IMG/VR virus record: IMGVR_UViG_3300032327_000596
Location: 1-39,927 of that record
Length of the DNA: 39,927 nt
Source: a virus
Taxonomy: Duplodnaviria; Caudoviricetes
Strand: one strand, 5' to 3'
Part shown: piece by piece, positions 1 through 10,463 of the stretch
How the letters are laid out: each line of letters begins with the position of its first letter
Position numbering within the stretch: position 1 is the first letter of the stretch
Position numbers and translations under genes: made by a program
The notes under the pieces: model-generated
The model's database searches: none
Told to the model about the DNA's origin: nothing
The model's input: only the letters and a program-made list of their open reading frames with translations

Positions 1-1
1 A

Positions 2-2869
2 GAAAAATATCCTGTAGTTGTAGCTAATATAGGAGGATCAGGAAACATTATATTAGGTACTGATGCAAATAAAATTAGTAAAGATTTAAAATCAGGAGCA
101 GGTTATCTATTTGGGTATGAAGGTAAAAATAGAAAAATTCCACATAGTACATATGCTAGTGATGTAAAAGGATTTTTACCAAGTATTACTGTTTCTCAAG
201 AAGGTAAAACTTTTAGCGAAGGTAGTTATAGAGTAAGTATAACTATGAGAAGAGTAATGCCTTTAGAACCAGGTATGCCTACGTCACCATTAATTAAATC
301 ATCTACACAAGTTCAATCTAATGAAGTTAAAAAAGGTGTAGAGATAAGTTCTAATGCTAAAGGATTAGCAGCAGCTCTTACAAATCCTACAGAACTTGCT
401 AAATCAAAAGGTAATCTTACAGAGTCTTATCCTGTTAATTTTAATGGTAAAACTTATAGAGATGCAGAAGCAGCTTATCAAGCATTAAAATCTACTGCTA
501 CAAAAGATGAAGGTCCTAATAGTACTTATAATTTAATGGTAAAGATTATTAAAGCTAAACTTGAACAACATCCAAGATTAGTTAGTGAGATTACAAAACA
601 AGGAGGTTCTGCTTGGATATTATCTTCTACTCATCAACCAACTAAACAAAATAGCGTATGGGAAACAGGTGGTAAAAATTGGTTTATTAAGTCTCTTAAT
701 GATGCCTATTTATCTATTCAACAATCTAACGAAGATAATGAAACTGAACAACTTGATAACATAGTTGCATACGGTGGTAAGAATTTTATTGTTGAAGGTA
801 GTTTTGAATCTGGTAATGCAACTGTATTTTTTACTAAAGGAGATGGAACAAAAGGTGCAGAATTAACTTCTGATAAACCTTTATTTCGTAAAGTATCAGT
901 TGCTACGTATGCACAAGACAATCCAGATAATGTAGTAGAGTTAACAGATTTAAAAGGATCTCCTAAATACTTATTTATTGATTCAACAAAGAAAGTTGTA
1001 TCATTAAATCCTACAAGTTACGGTGATGAGATTGTTTCTGAAGATGTTATCAATAGAGTTAACACATTAATGAATTATTTTAAAGGTGGTATTAATATAA
1101 ATCCAGGAGGATCATCTAAAGATACAACAAGATCTCCTAAGTTTTCTTATAAAGGTAAGACTATCAATACAGCATTTGATTTGACTAAAGGTCAAGTTAC
1201 GGCTCTTGAAACTTTATCTGATTTTGTTAAAAACAAAAACGGAGATAAGTTTATTACATTACAGGGACCTGCTGGTACTGGTAAAACATCTGTTATTGGA
1301 TATTTACAAAATTATCTAGGTAGTGCATATACTTTTCATTACATGGCTCCTACACATGCTGCAACAGCAGAGTTAGCATTTGCCACAGTGAAGACTGGTA
1401 ATAAAACTCTTCCTGCAACAGTTGCTTCTTCTTTTAGTAAGAAGACAAATGGTTTAACTAAAAAACTAATAAGAAAACTTGCTCTTAGAAATAATGTAAT
1501 TGTAATAGATGAAGTGTCAATGCTTAATTCTGAGCTTTTTAATCTTGTAAAGAATTCAATAGATGGTGATGTAATTAAAGTTATTTTTATGGGAGATGAA
1601 TTACAAATCCCTGAAGTTACTGACGAAACTGTGACTGAAAAGCAAGTTAATAAAGCTTTCTCTGAATTTGAGCAAGTTAAATTAACAGAAGTTAAACGTA
1701 CTAGCGATGATAATATATTGAAAGTTCTTAACACTATTAGGTATAACATTAATAATAAGATACCTAAGATTCCTAATACTAATGTATTAAAATATTTAAA
1801 AAATACTCAATTTAATCTTAAACTCGCTGAGTCTATAGAAACTAACCCAGAAGATACTATGGTAATTGCTTTTACAAATAAGACTGTAAAAGAGCATAAT
1901 GAAAGAATAAGAAAAGAGTTAGGTAGAGTTGGAAATTTACAAAAAGATGATGTTATCATTGGGTATTTGGGATATAGCAGTAAGCAAATTGAAAACAGTG
2001 ATATTGCTAATAGTCTTCAGTACACTGTAAAAAGTGTTAAGAAAAATGGGTCTATGTATAATATTACTGCTACTTCTAAAAAGTTAGATAATCTTAGAAA
2101 ACTAGGAGTTGAAAATATTAGCGAAGAATTCACAACAGGATATTATCAACTTAGCCCTAACGATACATTTGTTTTTGATGATATTACAATTGTTGATATG
2201 GAAGCTAATAATGCAAAAGTTAGTACATTAATGAAATCTGTGTATGATGCTAAAGTAAGAGCTCAGAAAAATTTTAAAGATTGGTATAAGTTTTATGACA
2301 TAGTATCAGATGTATCTAGAGAAATGTCAAGAATTGATTTGGGTGATAACTATATATACAATCCTATAACTAATAGAATGGAAAAATATGAAAAAGATAA
2401 ACATAAAGCACTCAAAAAAGAGTATGCTGAAATATATGTTGAGAAAGGTATTGGTTTAGGTCATGCTGTTACTGTACATAAATCTCAAGGTGCTACATTC
2501 AAACATGTATTCTTTGATGCTAATAGTTTACCTGAAGGAGCTGTGTCTATTTTATATAATGGTGATAGAGTAGTTGGTATGGAGAAACATTCATTAATAT
2601 ATGTTGGTATGTCTAGAGCTTCAGATACTTTAACAGTTAGTGATGATAATTCAGAAAACTTTTATAACTTAGATGGATCTCCGTTAGAACAAGAACCGTT
2701 TGATTTAGCTAATACAAGTGATACAAATTCTATAGAAAGTACTGAAAATTATATGAACTTAGAAGGAGAGATTTATGAATACTCAGAGATTAATCCTGAT
2801 ATGTTAGAACATCTAGGATATTCTCCAGAAGCAATAGGTAAAATAATGAAAAAAGTTAACGGTTGTTAA
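2..2869 (+). CDS. 5'-truncated polyvalent protein: C-terminal half of an AlkB-like 2OG-Fe(II) dioxygenase + NADAR-like domain + SF1B (Dda/RecD2-like) helicase
   Basis: The frame of ORF 245..2869 is open back to position 2 (EKYPVVVANIGGSG...LKSGAGYLFG...RKIPH...YRVSITMRRV, AlkB-like). NADAR-like YPVNFNGKTYRDAEAAYQALK...MVKIIKAKLEQHP...W..GGKNW at about 374-709. Helicase motifs GPAGTGKT, APTHAA, IDEVSM, MGDELQI, HAVTVHKSQG, YVGMSRA. Confidence 0.85.
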   Translation, partial: EKYPVVVANIGGSGNIILGTDANKISKDLKSGAGYLFGYEGKNRKIPHSTYASDVKGFLPSITVSQEGKTFSEGSYRVSITMRRVMPLEPGMPTSPLIKSSTQVQSNEVKKGVEISSNAKGLAAALTNPTELAKSKGNLTESYPVNFNGKTYRDAEAAYQALKSTATKDEGPNSTYNLMVKIIKAKLEQHPRLVSEITKQGGSAWILSSTHQPTKQNSVWETGGKNWFIKSLNDAYLSIQQSNEDNETEQLDNIVAYGGKNFIVEGSFESGNATVFFTKGDGTKGAELTSDKPLFRKVSVATYAQDNPDNVVELTDLKGSPKYLFIDSTKKVVSLNPTSYGDEIVSEDVINRVNTLMNYFKGGININPGGSSKDTTRSPKFSYKGKTINTAFDLTKGQVTALETLSDFVKNKNGDKFITLQGPAGTGKTSVIGYLQNYLGSAYTFHYMAPTHAATAELAFATVKTGNKTLPATVASSFSKKTNGLTKKLIRKLALRNNVIVIDEVSMLNSELFNLVKNSIDGDVIKVIFMGDELQIPEVTDETVTEKQVNKAFSEFEQVKLTEVKRTSDDNILKVLNTIRYNINNKIPKIPNTNVLKYLKNTQFNLKLAESIETNPEDTMVIAFTNKTVKEHNERIRKELGRVGNLQKDDVIIGYLGYSSKQIENSDIANSLQYTVKSVKKNGSMYNITATSKKLDNLRKLGVENISEEFTTGYYQLSPNDTFVFDDITIVDMEANNAKVSTLMKSVYDAKVRAQKNFKDWYKFYDIVSDVSREMSRIDLGDNYIYNPITNRMEKYEKDKHKALKKEYAEIYVEKGIGLGHAVTVHKSQGATFKHVFFDANSLPEGAVSILYNGDRVVGMEKHSLIYVGMSRASDTLTVSDDNSENFYNLDGSPLEQEPFDLANTSDTNSIESTENYMNLEGEIYEYSEINPDMLEHLGYSPEAIGKIMKKVNGC

Positions 2870-2881
2870 AATTTATATAAT

Positions 2882-5800
2882 ATGGCGACTTGCCCAAATA
2901 AAAATTTAGATTCTTGGAAAAAGTTAGTAGCTGAAAAAGGTGAAGACATGGCTTATTATCTTTGGTATACTAACGATGGAGACATTTCTAAGTTAGTTTC
3001 TCCAGGAGAAATAAAAGTATTGAACGGTAATGAAGATTTATATAAAAAATATAATCTTCTAAATAAAGAGGGTCGAATTAAAACCTTTTTGTACAATACA
3101 GTTGATCAGGTTAAAAAGATCAACGCTTTTGTAAACTCACTAAATAAGAGTCCTTACTATTCATTCAGTGTAAAGAAAACTCCATCAGGTCATAAAATAT
3201 TTATTCATGATAAAGGAATGACTAATCAGCAGGTTTCTAGAGGAGACGTAGATTTAGCGCTAAAGAATAAATATTTTCCTGATTCAGATGTAGTTGAGAG
3301 TTACGATATTTTAGAAAAAATTGCTAATAGTAATCATCCTTTAAATAAACTAGCAAACCATTTATTAAAATACGTAAGTACTAACAATGTCAATATTGAA
3401 TTAGTTAATAAGTTAATTAATAATAGGTTAGGTGAAGTAGCAGGTGAATATTATTACGAATCTAATAATATTAAAATAAATAAAAATGCTAGATTTGACA
3501 AATTAGGTTCTGAAACTACATTACTTCATGAAATAATACACTCATTGTCAGCTCGAGAACTTGCTTCTAATTCAGAAGTTACAAAAGAGTTTAGAAAACT
3601 ATATGAGTATGCTCTTAAATTTATACCAGCATATAATGCTGATACTAAAGAAGGAGAATATGCAATGTATAATTTAGATGAATTTATGACTGGAATATTT
3701 ACAGATGATAGATTTATTAAGAAACTTATGGAAATTTCTCCTATGAAAAGTGGAAATAAGTTTAGTGATTTTTATAATCAGATTTTAGACTATATTTATT
3801 CTTTATTTGAAATTAAAAGAGATGACAATTTATACACTCAGGCTTTTTCTGTAGCTAATGCTGTATTACAACAATCATCTGACTTTAGAAAAGAAAGTGA
3901 ATATGTAGAGCGATATGCTAAAGAAAGTAGAGAAGTTCCAATTGATCAAATTATAAAACTCAGTAAAGATTTATTCAATAGATTGGATGTAGATCTTAAA
4001 TCTATGAATATAGTTAAAGGTGGGGTTAAACAAACTATTGATGATTTATCAATTATTGGAGCGGAACTTGTCAAGTTGACTAGTAAGAAAACTTCTGAGC
4101 TCACTCAACAAGCAATGGAGTTTGCTGTTAATATGATTCAAGAAAAGAATCCTAAGCTATTTAATGAATTACTTAAAAACATTAATAATTATAATGAGCT
4201 TAAGAATTTATTTATAGAATACAATAACTCTCCTGAATATAAAACAGCTGATGGTAAACCAGATATAATAAAGATTAAAAAGAAAGCAATAGCTAATGTA
4301 CTAACAAAAACTTTAATCAATGATGAAGAAGGTACACCAGAACTTACAGAGAATTTAGATAAATCAATAAAAATGCTTAGTGATGTTATTGAATATAGTA
4401 CAGAGTTTTTCAAGACATCAGGATTTGATAAAGCATCTATGTCTATAATTAAAGGAGAATTTGACGGTGACATAAATCAATTAAGAACTCAAATGGCATC
4501 TCTCCAAGCAGATGATTGGATTAAAAATGCTGTAGACTCTGCAGTTGATAAAGCAATAGATGTAAATAGTAGAATGAAGTTAGTTCCTGCAACAGGTAAC
4601 CTTAAACGACATTATACGTTTGATGGAATCATTCAATCATTTTCTGTAACAGAGTTTATTAAAAGAGGTAAAGAGTTTTTTAGAACAGACGAACAGAAAT
4701 TAGATGATGATTATAAAAAAGCTTGGGGATCAGAAGGTCATGATTTTTTAGATAAGATTTCAAAGAAACGTTTTTTAGATGAGAACGGATACATCAAAGA
4801 TGTGTACACTAATGATGATGTTCCAACACAACTTAACATTGGTATACAAGATGCCCTCATGCAATATCTCACTGAGCTATTTGATTCTTACAAAGCTAAT
4901 GATGCATTACGTACAGATGGTGCTCGTACTAGAATACTTACTGAAAAGATGGTGGTCAATACAAAGAAAAAAGGTGGAGTTGCTTCTACAATTGACTTTC
5001 AGGCTTTTATTCCAGACGATAAAGTAGGTGTTAAAATAGACACCCTTGACTGGAAGTTTGTAAATATTGATACTTCTAGAGATGAAGATATTCCTTGGTA
5101 CAAGAGAGATGATTGGAATAAACAAATGAATCAATATGTAATGATGTATAAAACCGATTTATACGGACTTAAACCTGAAAATATTGGTAAAGCTAGAATG
5201 ATTCCTTTCATGGCTAAATACGTTCGTTCAGAAAGAGGGAATGCTAGTAGTCCATTATATTTAAACAGTGTTGAGATTGGTAAAGTAGATAGCTCTAAAG
5301 AAACTAATATATATTTACTTCCTGTACCTATTACATCTGAAACTACTAATAATCAAAAAATTGACGGATTATTAAAAGCACTAAGAGTTCAGTATGAAAA
5401 AATGTATAGTGCACAATTAGCTGGTGGAGAAGAACAATTTGAAAAAAACTTAAGACTTAATCAGTTCTCTATGGCAATTAGATCATTACACGTTAAACTT
5501 GATTTTGAACCACTTGCTTCTGCAGGACAAATATACATTGCTGATTTATCTAAGATACTAAAAAACTTTAAAGGTATTGACTATAGTACAATGAGTGTTG
5601 AAGATATTAATGCTAAGATGGGACAGCTCATAAACTTTGAATCGGCAGCTGATAAGTTTACTAAATTAGACGACATATTCCTATCAAAGTTTGACACATA
5701 TGAGCTTAGTGAAGAAGATGAAGCTGAATTATCTAATATTCGTAAATTAGCATTTGATACTAAAGATGTATTAAAACAAATCAAACAATTATATGATGAC

Positions 5801-8536
5801 TACACTGTATATTTAGCTGAGAAAAGTGGTGTAGTTAATGAAGATGATGGTTTATCAATATTAGATGCTGAAAGAGAAGTAGAGACATTAGGTAAATCAT
5901 TTCTTGAGGCAAGTAAACTTTCTCCATTAGTTATTAGACTTGCTTCTAATTTAATTATGAAAGCAAGAAACTTGATGAGAATTAAAGTTAATCGAGTAAT
6001 TGATGATTATACCACTATATTAAATAAAGTAGAAAAAGAAGCAAATGCAAAAGGTAAAACAGCATTTGAGATGGTTGCTACTATTAAAGATGGTAATATG
6101 CGTTTGATGAGTGAATTGTCTGCAGATTTCTGGAAAGCTTTTGACGCAGCTAAAGAGAATGAAGATAAAAACTTCTTTTTGAAAAATATGGATAGAGCTA
6201 AGTATGATAAACTTGTAGCAGAATACGTAACTAAAAGTATAGAAAATATTAGACAAAGAACGTTTATTCCAAATGATTCTGAAAAAAATCAAAAAGTTAA
6301 GGAGGCTAGAATTCTAAAAATAAAAAAATCTTTAGAAATTGATAATATAGACTTTGACGGATTTAATGAGTATAAATTTAGAGAATTTTTTATAGCATCA
6401 ATGAATAAGAATGATTGGTATTCTGATGATTTTAAACAATTGATGAATAGTCCTAATGCTCTAGCATTGTGGAATTTCTTTCGTGAGCTTAATTTAAAAG
6501 CTAAGAGGATGGGATATTTAAGTGAAAAAGAAGCTTTATCTTTTTTTCCTGTAGTACAAGAATCTTTCCTTAAGAAATTACAGCAGTCTGGTAATTTTAA
6601 AAAAGAAAGTATGGATTTCTTTAAGAACTTCTATGAAGTTAGAGAAGAAGAAGAACAAAGATTTTCTAAACTTGATCCTGAAACAAATAAGATTAGAAGA
6701 GTAGTACCTAAATATTTCATGAGTAAAGATCAAGAGATAACTAAGTTATCTAAAGACATGAATAAAGTTGGTATACTTTGGATAAATGCGTTAATGCAAT
6801 ATGAAACATCAAAAGGTCTTGAGAATACTTTATTGGTATTACATAAAGTGCAAGATTCAAAAGGTTCAATTATTGTAGATGAGAATAATAATATTGTGTA
6901 TGATGATAGAGGTGTACCTAAAGTAGATGTAAACAATAAGTCTACTGCAGATATTCTAATGACTATGATAGATGATCATATTTATGGATTGCAAGAAAAT
7001 GAGAACTCCTGGGGAAATATTAAATTAACTCAAGCATTAGATAAAGTTACACCTAATAGTGATAAAAAAGAAGTAATTAAGATTAACGTTAAGAAAGGGA
7101 TGAGCACTATTAATAGTTACATTCAATCATTGGCTGTTGGTTTAAAAGCTTCAATTGCTATTCCTAACTGGTTTGGATATAACTTTCAAGCATATATTAA
7201 TGGTGGAAGATTTTATACATTTAAAGATTTTACTAAAAATAATATTAAATCTACTACAGGAATAGGTTTTACTATAGAAGAAAAAGGAATAATAGATATA
7301 CTTGTTCCATTAAATGAAGACTTATCTAAAGAAAAAATTAGACATAATGCTAAAGAACAATCGTATACTAAATGGTTAGAGAGCTGGAACTTTACAGATG
7401 TGATGATGGTGAGTAACTCTTGGCCTGAAAGAAAGTTACAGATTGCTAATGCTATGTCTTTTGTAGATAACTCTACAATTATAGATGGTAAGATTGTAAA
7501 TATTCGTCAATATTTAATGAATTTAGATAGTATAACAAAGTATAAATTAAGTGAGCAAGATAGAATAACTCTTGAAAAAAGTCTTGATTCAAGAGTTGAG
7601 CAAATGATAAAAGATAAATCATTAGCTAAACTTGTTAGGTTTGAGAATGATAGATTGGTAATACCTGGCGTATCTGATGAATCATTAGCTGATTTTCGTA
7701 CAACTATAGTTGAGTATGGTAGAAATCTAAACGGTCAAATGAGTGAAGATAATAAAGCTGACTATCGAAGAGATGCTATTTTTAAATCATTCATGATGTT
7801 TAGAAACTGGATGCCTAAACAAATATCTATACGTGCTCTTGATATCAATAAGAATGCAGAACTTGGTATTTGGGAATATGGTAGAAGTCGATTGTTCATG
7901 AAAACTATTTTACACTTAGGTGCAAAAAATGTTCTTAAAATGAGAAGTATTTTAAATGGTACTGATGAAGGTCTTACGATAATGCGTGAATTACTTGAAA
8001 ACAAGAAAGAAGAATATCTAAAGAAACATGGTAAAGAACTTAAAATAACAGAGGAAGAATTTTTTGATCTTGTAAGAACCGAGCTCTCCAATCAAATGAA
8101 AGAGCTTAGATTATTATTATCATTGATGGCAATTGTTGCTGCTGCAGGATTTGCTGTAGATGATGACGATGATGAAGAAGATTTATTAGCCAAGAATCAA
8201 CTTAAATTCTTAGCTAAACTAATTAATAAAACTTCTGACGAGGTTAGTTTTTACTATAATCCTCTATCTTTTCAAAGTATGACTAATGGTAGCTTACTTC
8301 CTGCATTAGGAGTTACTAATAAAATATGGTCAGTTATAAAATATGGTACTGTAGACATATATGGATTTACTACTGATGATGAACAATTGATGAAAAAAAC
8401 GCATAGTCTAAAAGCTTTATTTGACATGATTCCAATATTATCTCAATTTCAAAGAGAGTTATTGCCTATAATTGATCCAGAGCTTGCAAAAGAAATGGGA
8501 ATTAAACCAACTGCCGAATCTCGTCAGGGAAGATAA
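2882..8536 (+). CDS. Giant (1884 aa) virion cargo/ejection-type protein with zincin metallopeptidase, PD-(D/E)xK nuclease-like and C-terminal membrane segments
   Basis: HEIIH...NLDEF zincin motif (about 3527). G..GH...TE...TIDF...DWK...QMNQY nuclease-like pattern (about 4720-5140). Hydrophobic helix LLLSLMAIVAAAGFAV followed by an acidic run near the C-terminus. Confidence 0.7.
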   Translation: MATCPNKNLDSWKKLVAEKGEDMAYYLWYTNDGDISKLVSPGEIKVLNGNEDLYKKYNLLNKEGRIKTFLYNTVDQVKKINAFVNSLNKSPYYSFSVKKTPSGHKIFIHDKGMTNQQVSRGDVDLALKNKYFPDSDVVESYDILEKIANSNHPLNKLANHLLKYVSTNNVNIELVNKLINNRLGEVAGEYYYESNNIKINKNARFDKLGSETTLLHEIIHSLSARELASNSEVTKEFRKLYEYALKFIPAYNADTKEGEYAMYNLDEFMTGIFTDDRFIKKLMEISPMKSGNKFSDFYNQILDYIYSLFEIKRDDNLYTQAFSVANAVLQQSSDFRKESEYVERYAKESREVPIDQIIKLSKDLFNRLDVDLKSMNIVKGGVKQTIDDLSIIGAELVKLTSKKTSELTQQAMEFAVNMIQEKNPKLFNELLKNINNYNELKNLFIEYNNSPEYKTADGKPDIIKIKKKAIANVLTKTLINDEEGTPELTENLDKSIKMLSDVIEYSTEFFKTSGFDKASMSIIKGEFDGDINQLRTQMASLQADDWIKNAVDSAVDKAIDVNSRMKLVPATGNLKRHYTFDGIIQSFSVTEFIKRGKEFFRTDEQKLDDDYKKAWGSEGHDFLDKISKKRFLDENGYIKDVYTNDDVPTQLNIGIQDALMQYLTELFDSYKANDALRTDGARTRILTEKMVVNTKKKGGVASTIDFQAFIPDDKVGVKIDTLDWKFVNIDTSRDEDIPWYKRDDWNKQMNQYVMMYKTDLYGLKPENIGKARMIPFMAKYVRSERGNASSPLYLNSVEIGKVDSSKETNIYLLPVPITSETTNNQKIDGLLKALRVQYEKMYSAQLAGGEEQFEKNLRLNQFSMAIRSLHVKLDFEPLASAGQIYIADLSKILKNFKGIDYSTMSVEDINAKMGQLINFESAADKFTKLDDIFLSKFDTYELSEEDEAELSNIRKLAFDTKDVLKQIKQLYDDYTVYLAEKSGVVNEDDGLSILDAEREVETLGKSFLEASKLSPLVIRLASNLIMKARNLMRIKVNRVIDDYTTILNKVEKEANAKGKTAFEMVATIKDGNMRLMSELSADFWKAFDAAKENEDKNFFLKNMDRAKYDKLVAEYVTKSIENIRQRTFIPNDSEKNQKVKEARILKIKKSLEIDNIDFDGFNEYKFREFFIASMNKNDWYSDDFKQLMNSPNALALWNFFRELNLKAKRMGYLSEKEALSFFPVVQESFLKKLQQSGNFKKESMDFFKNFYEVREEEEQRFSKLDPETNKIRRVVPKYFMSKDQEITKLSKDMNKVGILWINALMQYETSKGLENTLLVLHKVQDSKGSIIVDENNNIVYDDRGVPKVDVNNKSTADILMTMIDDHIYGLQENENSWGNIKLTQALDKVTPNSDKKEVIKINVKKGMSTINSYIQSLAVGLKASIAIPNWFGYNFQAYINGGRFYTFKDFTKNNIKSTTGIGFTIEEKGIIDILVPLNEDLSKEKIRHNAKEQSYTKWLESWNFTDVMMVSNSWPERKLQIANAMSFVDNSTIIDGKIVNIRQYLMNLDSITKYKLSEQDRITLEKSLDSRVEQMIKDKSLAKLVRFENDRLVIPGVSDESLADFRTTIVEYGRNLNGQMSEDNKADYRRDAIFKSFMMFRNWMPKQISIRALDINKNAELGIWEYGRSRLFMKTILHLGAKNVLKMRSILNGTDEGLTIMRELLENKKEEYLKKHGKELKITEEEFFDLVRTELSNQMKELRLLLSLMAIVAAAGFAVDDDDDEEDLLAKNQLKFLAKLINKTSDEVSFYYNPLSFQSMTNGSLLPALGVTNKIWSVIKYGTVDIYGFTTDDEQLMKKTHSLKALFDMIPILSQFQRELLPIIDPELAKEMGIKPTAESRQGR

Positions 8537-8663
8537 ACTATTTAATTACTGATATAGTAATTGATATTTTATTTGCATAAATAGATTAGATTTTAGATAT
8601 TTGCTTTAAATTATTTAGAGAATATCTAGATTATCAAATATTAAATACCATTTTAATAACTAT

Positions 8664-8710
8664 ATAGCACTCTAACTCATTATATGAGATAGTAGTGCTA
8701 TTTAATTTTT
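8664..8710 (+). terminator. Stem-loop followed by T-rich run, probable intrinsic terminator
   Basis: ATAGCACT..CTCAT-TAT-ATGAG..AGTGCTAT then TTAATTTTT, between the giant gene and the lysis genes. Confidence 0.5.
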
Positions 8711-8716
8711 ATAAAC

Positions 8717-9004
8717 ATGATCTCATTTTCTGAATTTAAAGACAAAGCATTAATAGGTTTATTTACATTTATAGTTGGAATGATGTGGAATGATATCCGA
8801 GAAATGAAATCGGATATAAAAACTTTAATTATTAATAATAGTGAAAGTAAGTCACGAATAGATGCATTAGAAAGACAACTTTTTAAAAATTCAAGTTACA
8901 AAAAACCAATACCTTTTGAGAATCCTCCTAAAAAAGTAATACAAAATCAGGTAGCGATATTAAATAAAGACGAAGATGACTACACCCATCATACAAATGT
9001 TTAA
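8717..9004 (+). CDS. Small membrane protein with coiled coil (lysis cassette)
   Basis: N-terminal hydrophobic helix followed by a heptad pattern; lies upstream of the holin and endolysin. Confidence 0.55.
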   Translation: MISFSEFKDKALIGLFTFIVGMMWNDIREMKSDIKTLIINNSESKSRIDALERQLFKNSSYKKPIPFENPPKKVIQNQVAILNKDEDDYTHHTNV

Positions 9005-9239
9005 ATATATTGAAAATCTATGGTTAGGAGACGATGGAAAACCTTCTATTCGTAGAGCTCTAGCTATTGCATTAGTTATTGATTTTATTAATAACACTAA
9101 TTATGCAATACATAATTGGGAATTAGGTAAAACATATGCAGATATAGCAATGCTTTTGGGAATAGAAGCTGGATTAATTGCAGCAATGTTAACTCTTACT
9201 ACATATTCAACATCAGTTAAACTACCAACTAAAGAATGA
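8976..9239 (+). CDS. Putative holin
   Basis: 87 aa with two hydrophobic helices after GKPSIRR; in the lysis cassette. Confidence 0.55.
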   Translation: MTTPIIQMFKYIENLWLGDDGKPSIRRALAIALVIDFINNTNYAIHNWELGKTYADIAMLLGIEAGLIAAMLTLTTYSTSVKLPTKE

Positions 9240-9856
9240 AAAATGTAATAACTACAGCTATAATAGCTATCTTATTAACAATCATTGTTATACAAAAAGC
9301 ATGCACACCTAATGTAGATGTGACTAAAAAAAATAAAACAGTAACTAAAATAGTAAATGTAAAAATACATGATACAATCTACACAACTCCTAAATTATTA
9401 AAAACTATAGTTATTGAAAAAGACACATCTTTACAATACTTACCTGATACTAATTATATATTACTAAAAAATCAATATCAAAAACTTGTTAAAGAACATT
9501 TATCTAAAAATGTTTATATAGATAAACTTAACTTAGATACATTAGGTAATATTATTATAAGAGACACTACACAATTTAACAAATTAGGAAAAAGAAGTTA
9601 TCAATTTAATTTAAATATACCTAGAAGAGTAGATTCTATATTTGTAACAAATACTATATATACTCCTTTAAAACGTCAGGTTTATTTAGGAGTAGGAATT
9701 ACATTAAATCAATCAATTAGTAATCTAGGAATAAGGGCATCTTTTTTATATAAAGATAAAAAAGACAATATATTTAGTCCTAGTATAATAGTTAATACAA
9801 GTGGTAATGTTATTTATGGAATTGATACTTATTTTAAAATTAAATTAAAGAAATAA
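9236..9856 (+). CDS. Putative spanin-like lysis protein
   Basis: N-terminal TM/signal ending QKAC, DT-rich middle, C-terminal amphipathic beta strands; between holin and endolysin. Confidence 0.5.
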   Translation: MKNVITTAIIAILLTIIVIQKACTPNVDVTKKNKTVTKIVNVKIHDTIYTTPKLLKTIVIEKDTSLQYLPDTNYILLKNQYQKLVKEHLSKNVYIDKLNLDTLGNIIIRDTTQFNKLGKRSYQFNLNIPRRVDSIFVTNTIYTPLKRQVYLGVGITLNQSISNLGIRASFLYKDKKDNIFSPSIIVNTSGNVIYGIDTYFKIKLKK

Positions 9857-9969
9857 TGATACAGAAACTTATTAATTTTATTATAGAACTGTTTTGTAAA
9901 AACTGTAATATAAAAGCTAAAGCTATTGTAATTAATAACTCTCAAAAAATACAAAAAGATGGTAACTAG
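9856..9969 (+). CDS. Small hypothetical protein (37 aa)
   Basis: MIQKLINFIIELFCKNC...; TAATG overlap with the upstream stop; fills the gap before the endolysin. Confidence 0.4.
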   Translation: MIQKLINFIIELFCKNCNIKAKAIVINNSQKIQKDGN

Positions 9970-10417
9970 TCAACAAGCTTTGAAGAAGTATGGACAACCA
10001 GATCTTCTTGCTACACAGAGCAAAAATATGATTATGTGGGATGTTCCTGCAGAGTTAGAAATTGGAGTTATTCCTAAGAAGTTATATTGTAATAAAGATA
10101 TGATAGAACCTTTAACTAAAGCTTTTAAAAATCTTATATCTACAGGATGTGTAAAAGAGCTTAAAACTTGGGATGGTTGTTTTAACATTCGTAAAAAACG
10201 TGGATTAACATCTATGTCATTACATTCTTGGGGTATTGCAATTGATGTAAACAGTTTTAGCAATCCCTTAGGTTTAAATAGAGAACAAATTAGAGCTAGA
10301 AGACTAACTCCTTTTAGTGAAGAATTTTTACAATGTTTCAGAGATGCAGGATTTGATTGTGGAGCAGATTGGGAAGATCGTCCTGATTTTATGCACATGC
10401 AAATTGCATCTATATAA
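9959..10417 (+). CDS. Endolysin, peptidase M15 family (L-Ala-D-Glu peptidase-like)
   Basis: R...SLHSWGIAID...DFMHMQ zinc-binding motifs of M15 peptidases. Confidence 0.9.
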   Translation: MVTSQQALKKYGQPDLLATQSKNMIMWDVPAELEIGVIPKKLYCNKDMIEPLTKAFKNLISTGCVKELKTWDGCFNIRKKRGLTSMSLHSWGIAIDVNSFSNPLGLNREQIRARRLTPFSEEFLQCFRDAGFDCGADWEDRPDFMHMQIASI

Positions 10418-10463
10418 TACTATAATTAAAAAACTTTTAGTTAATAAATAAAATATTTATAAA

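Noticed and set aside
718-8091. Antisense and alternate-frame ORFs within the two giant genes, and similar ones elsewhere (e.g. 9970, 11114, 19779, 22771, 27385, 31066)
   Set aside because: Shadow ORFs overlapping well-supported genes, with no recognisable motifs.
8537-8716. tRNA or replication origin in the AT-rich intergenic gap
   Set aside because: No cloverleaf, T-loop or iterons seen; only a terminator-like hairpin and an imperfect promoter match.
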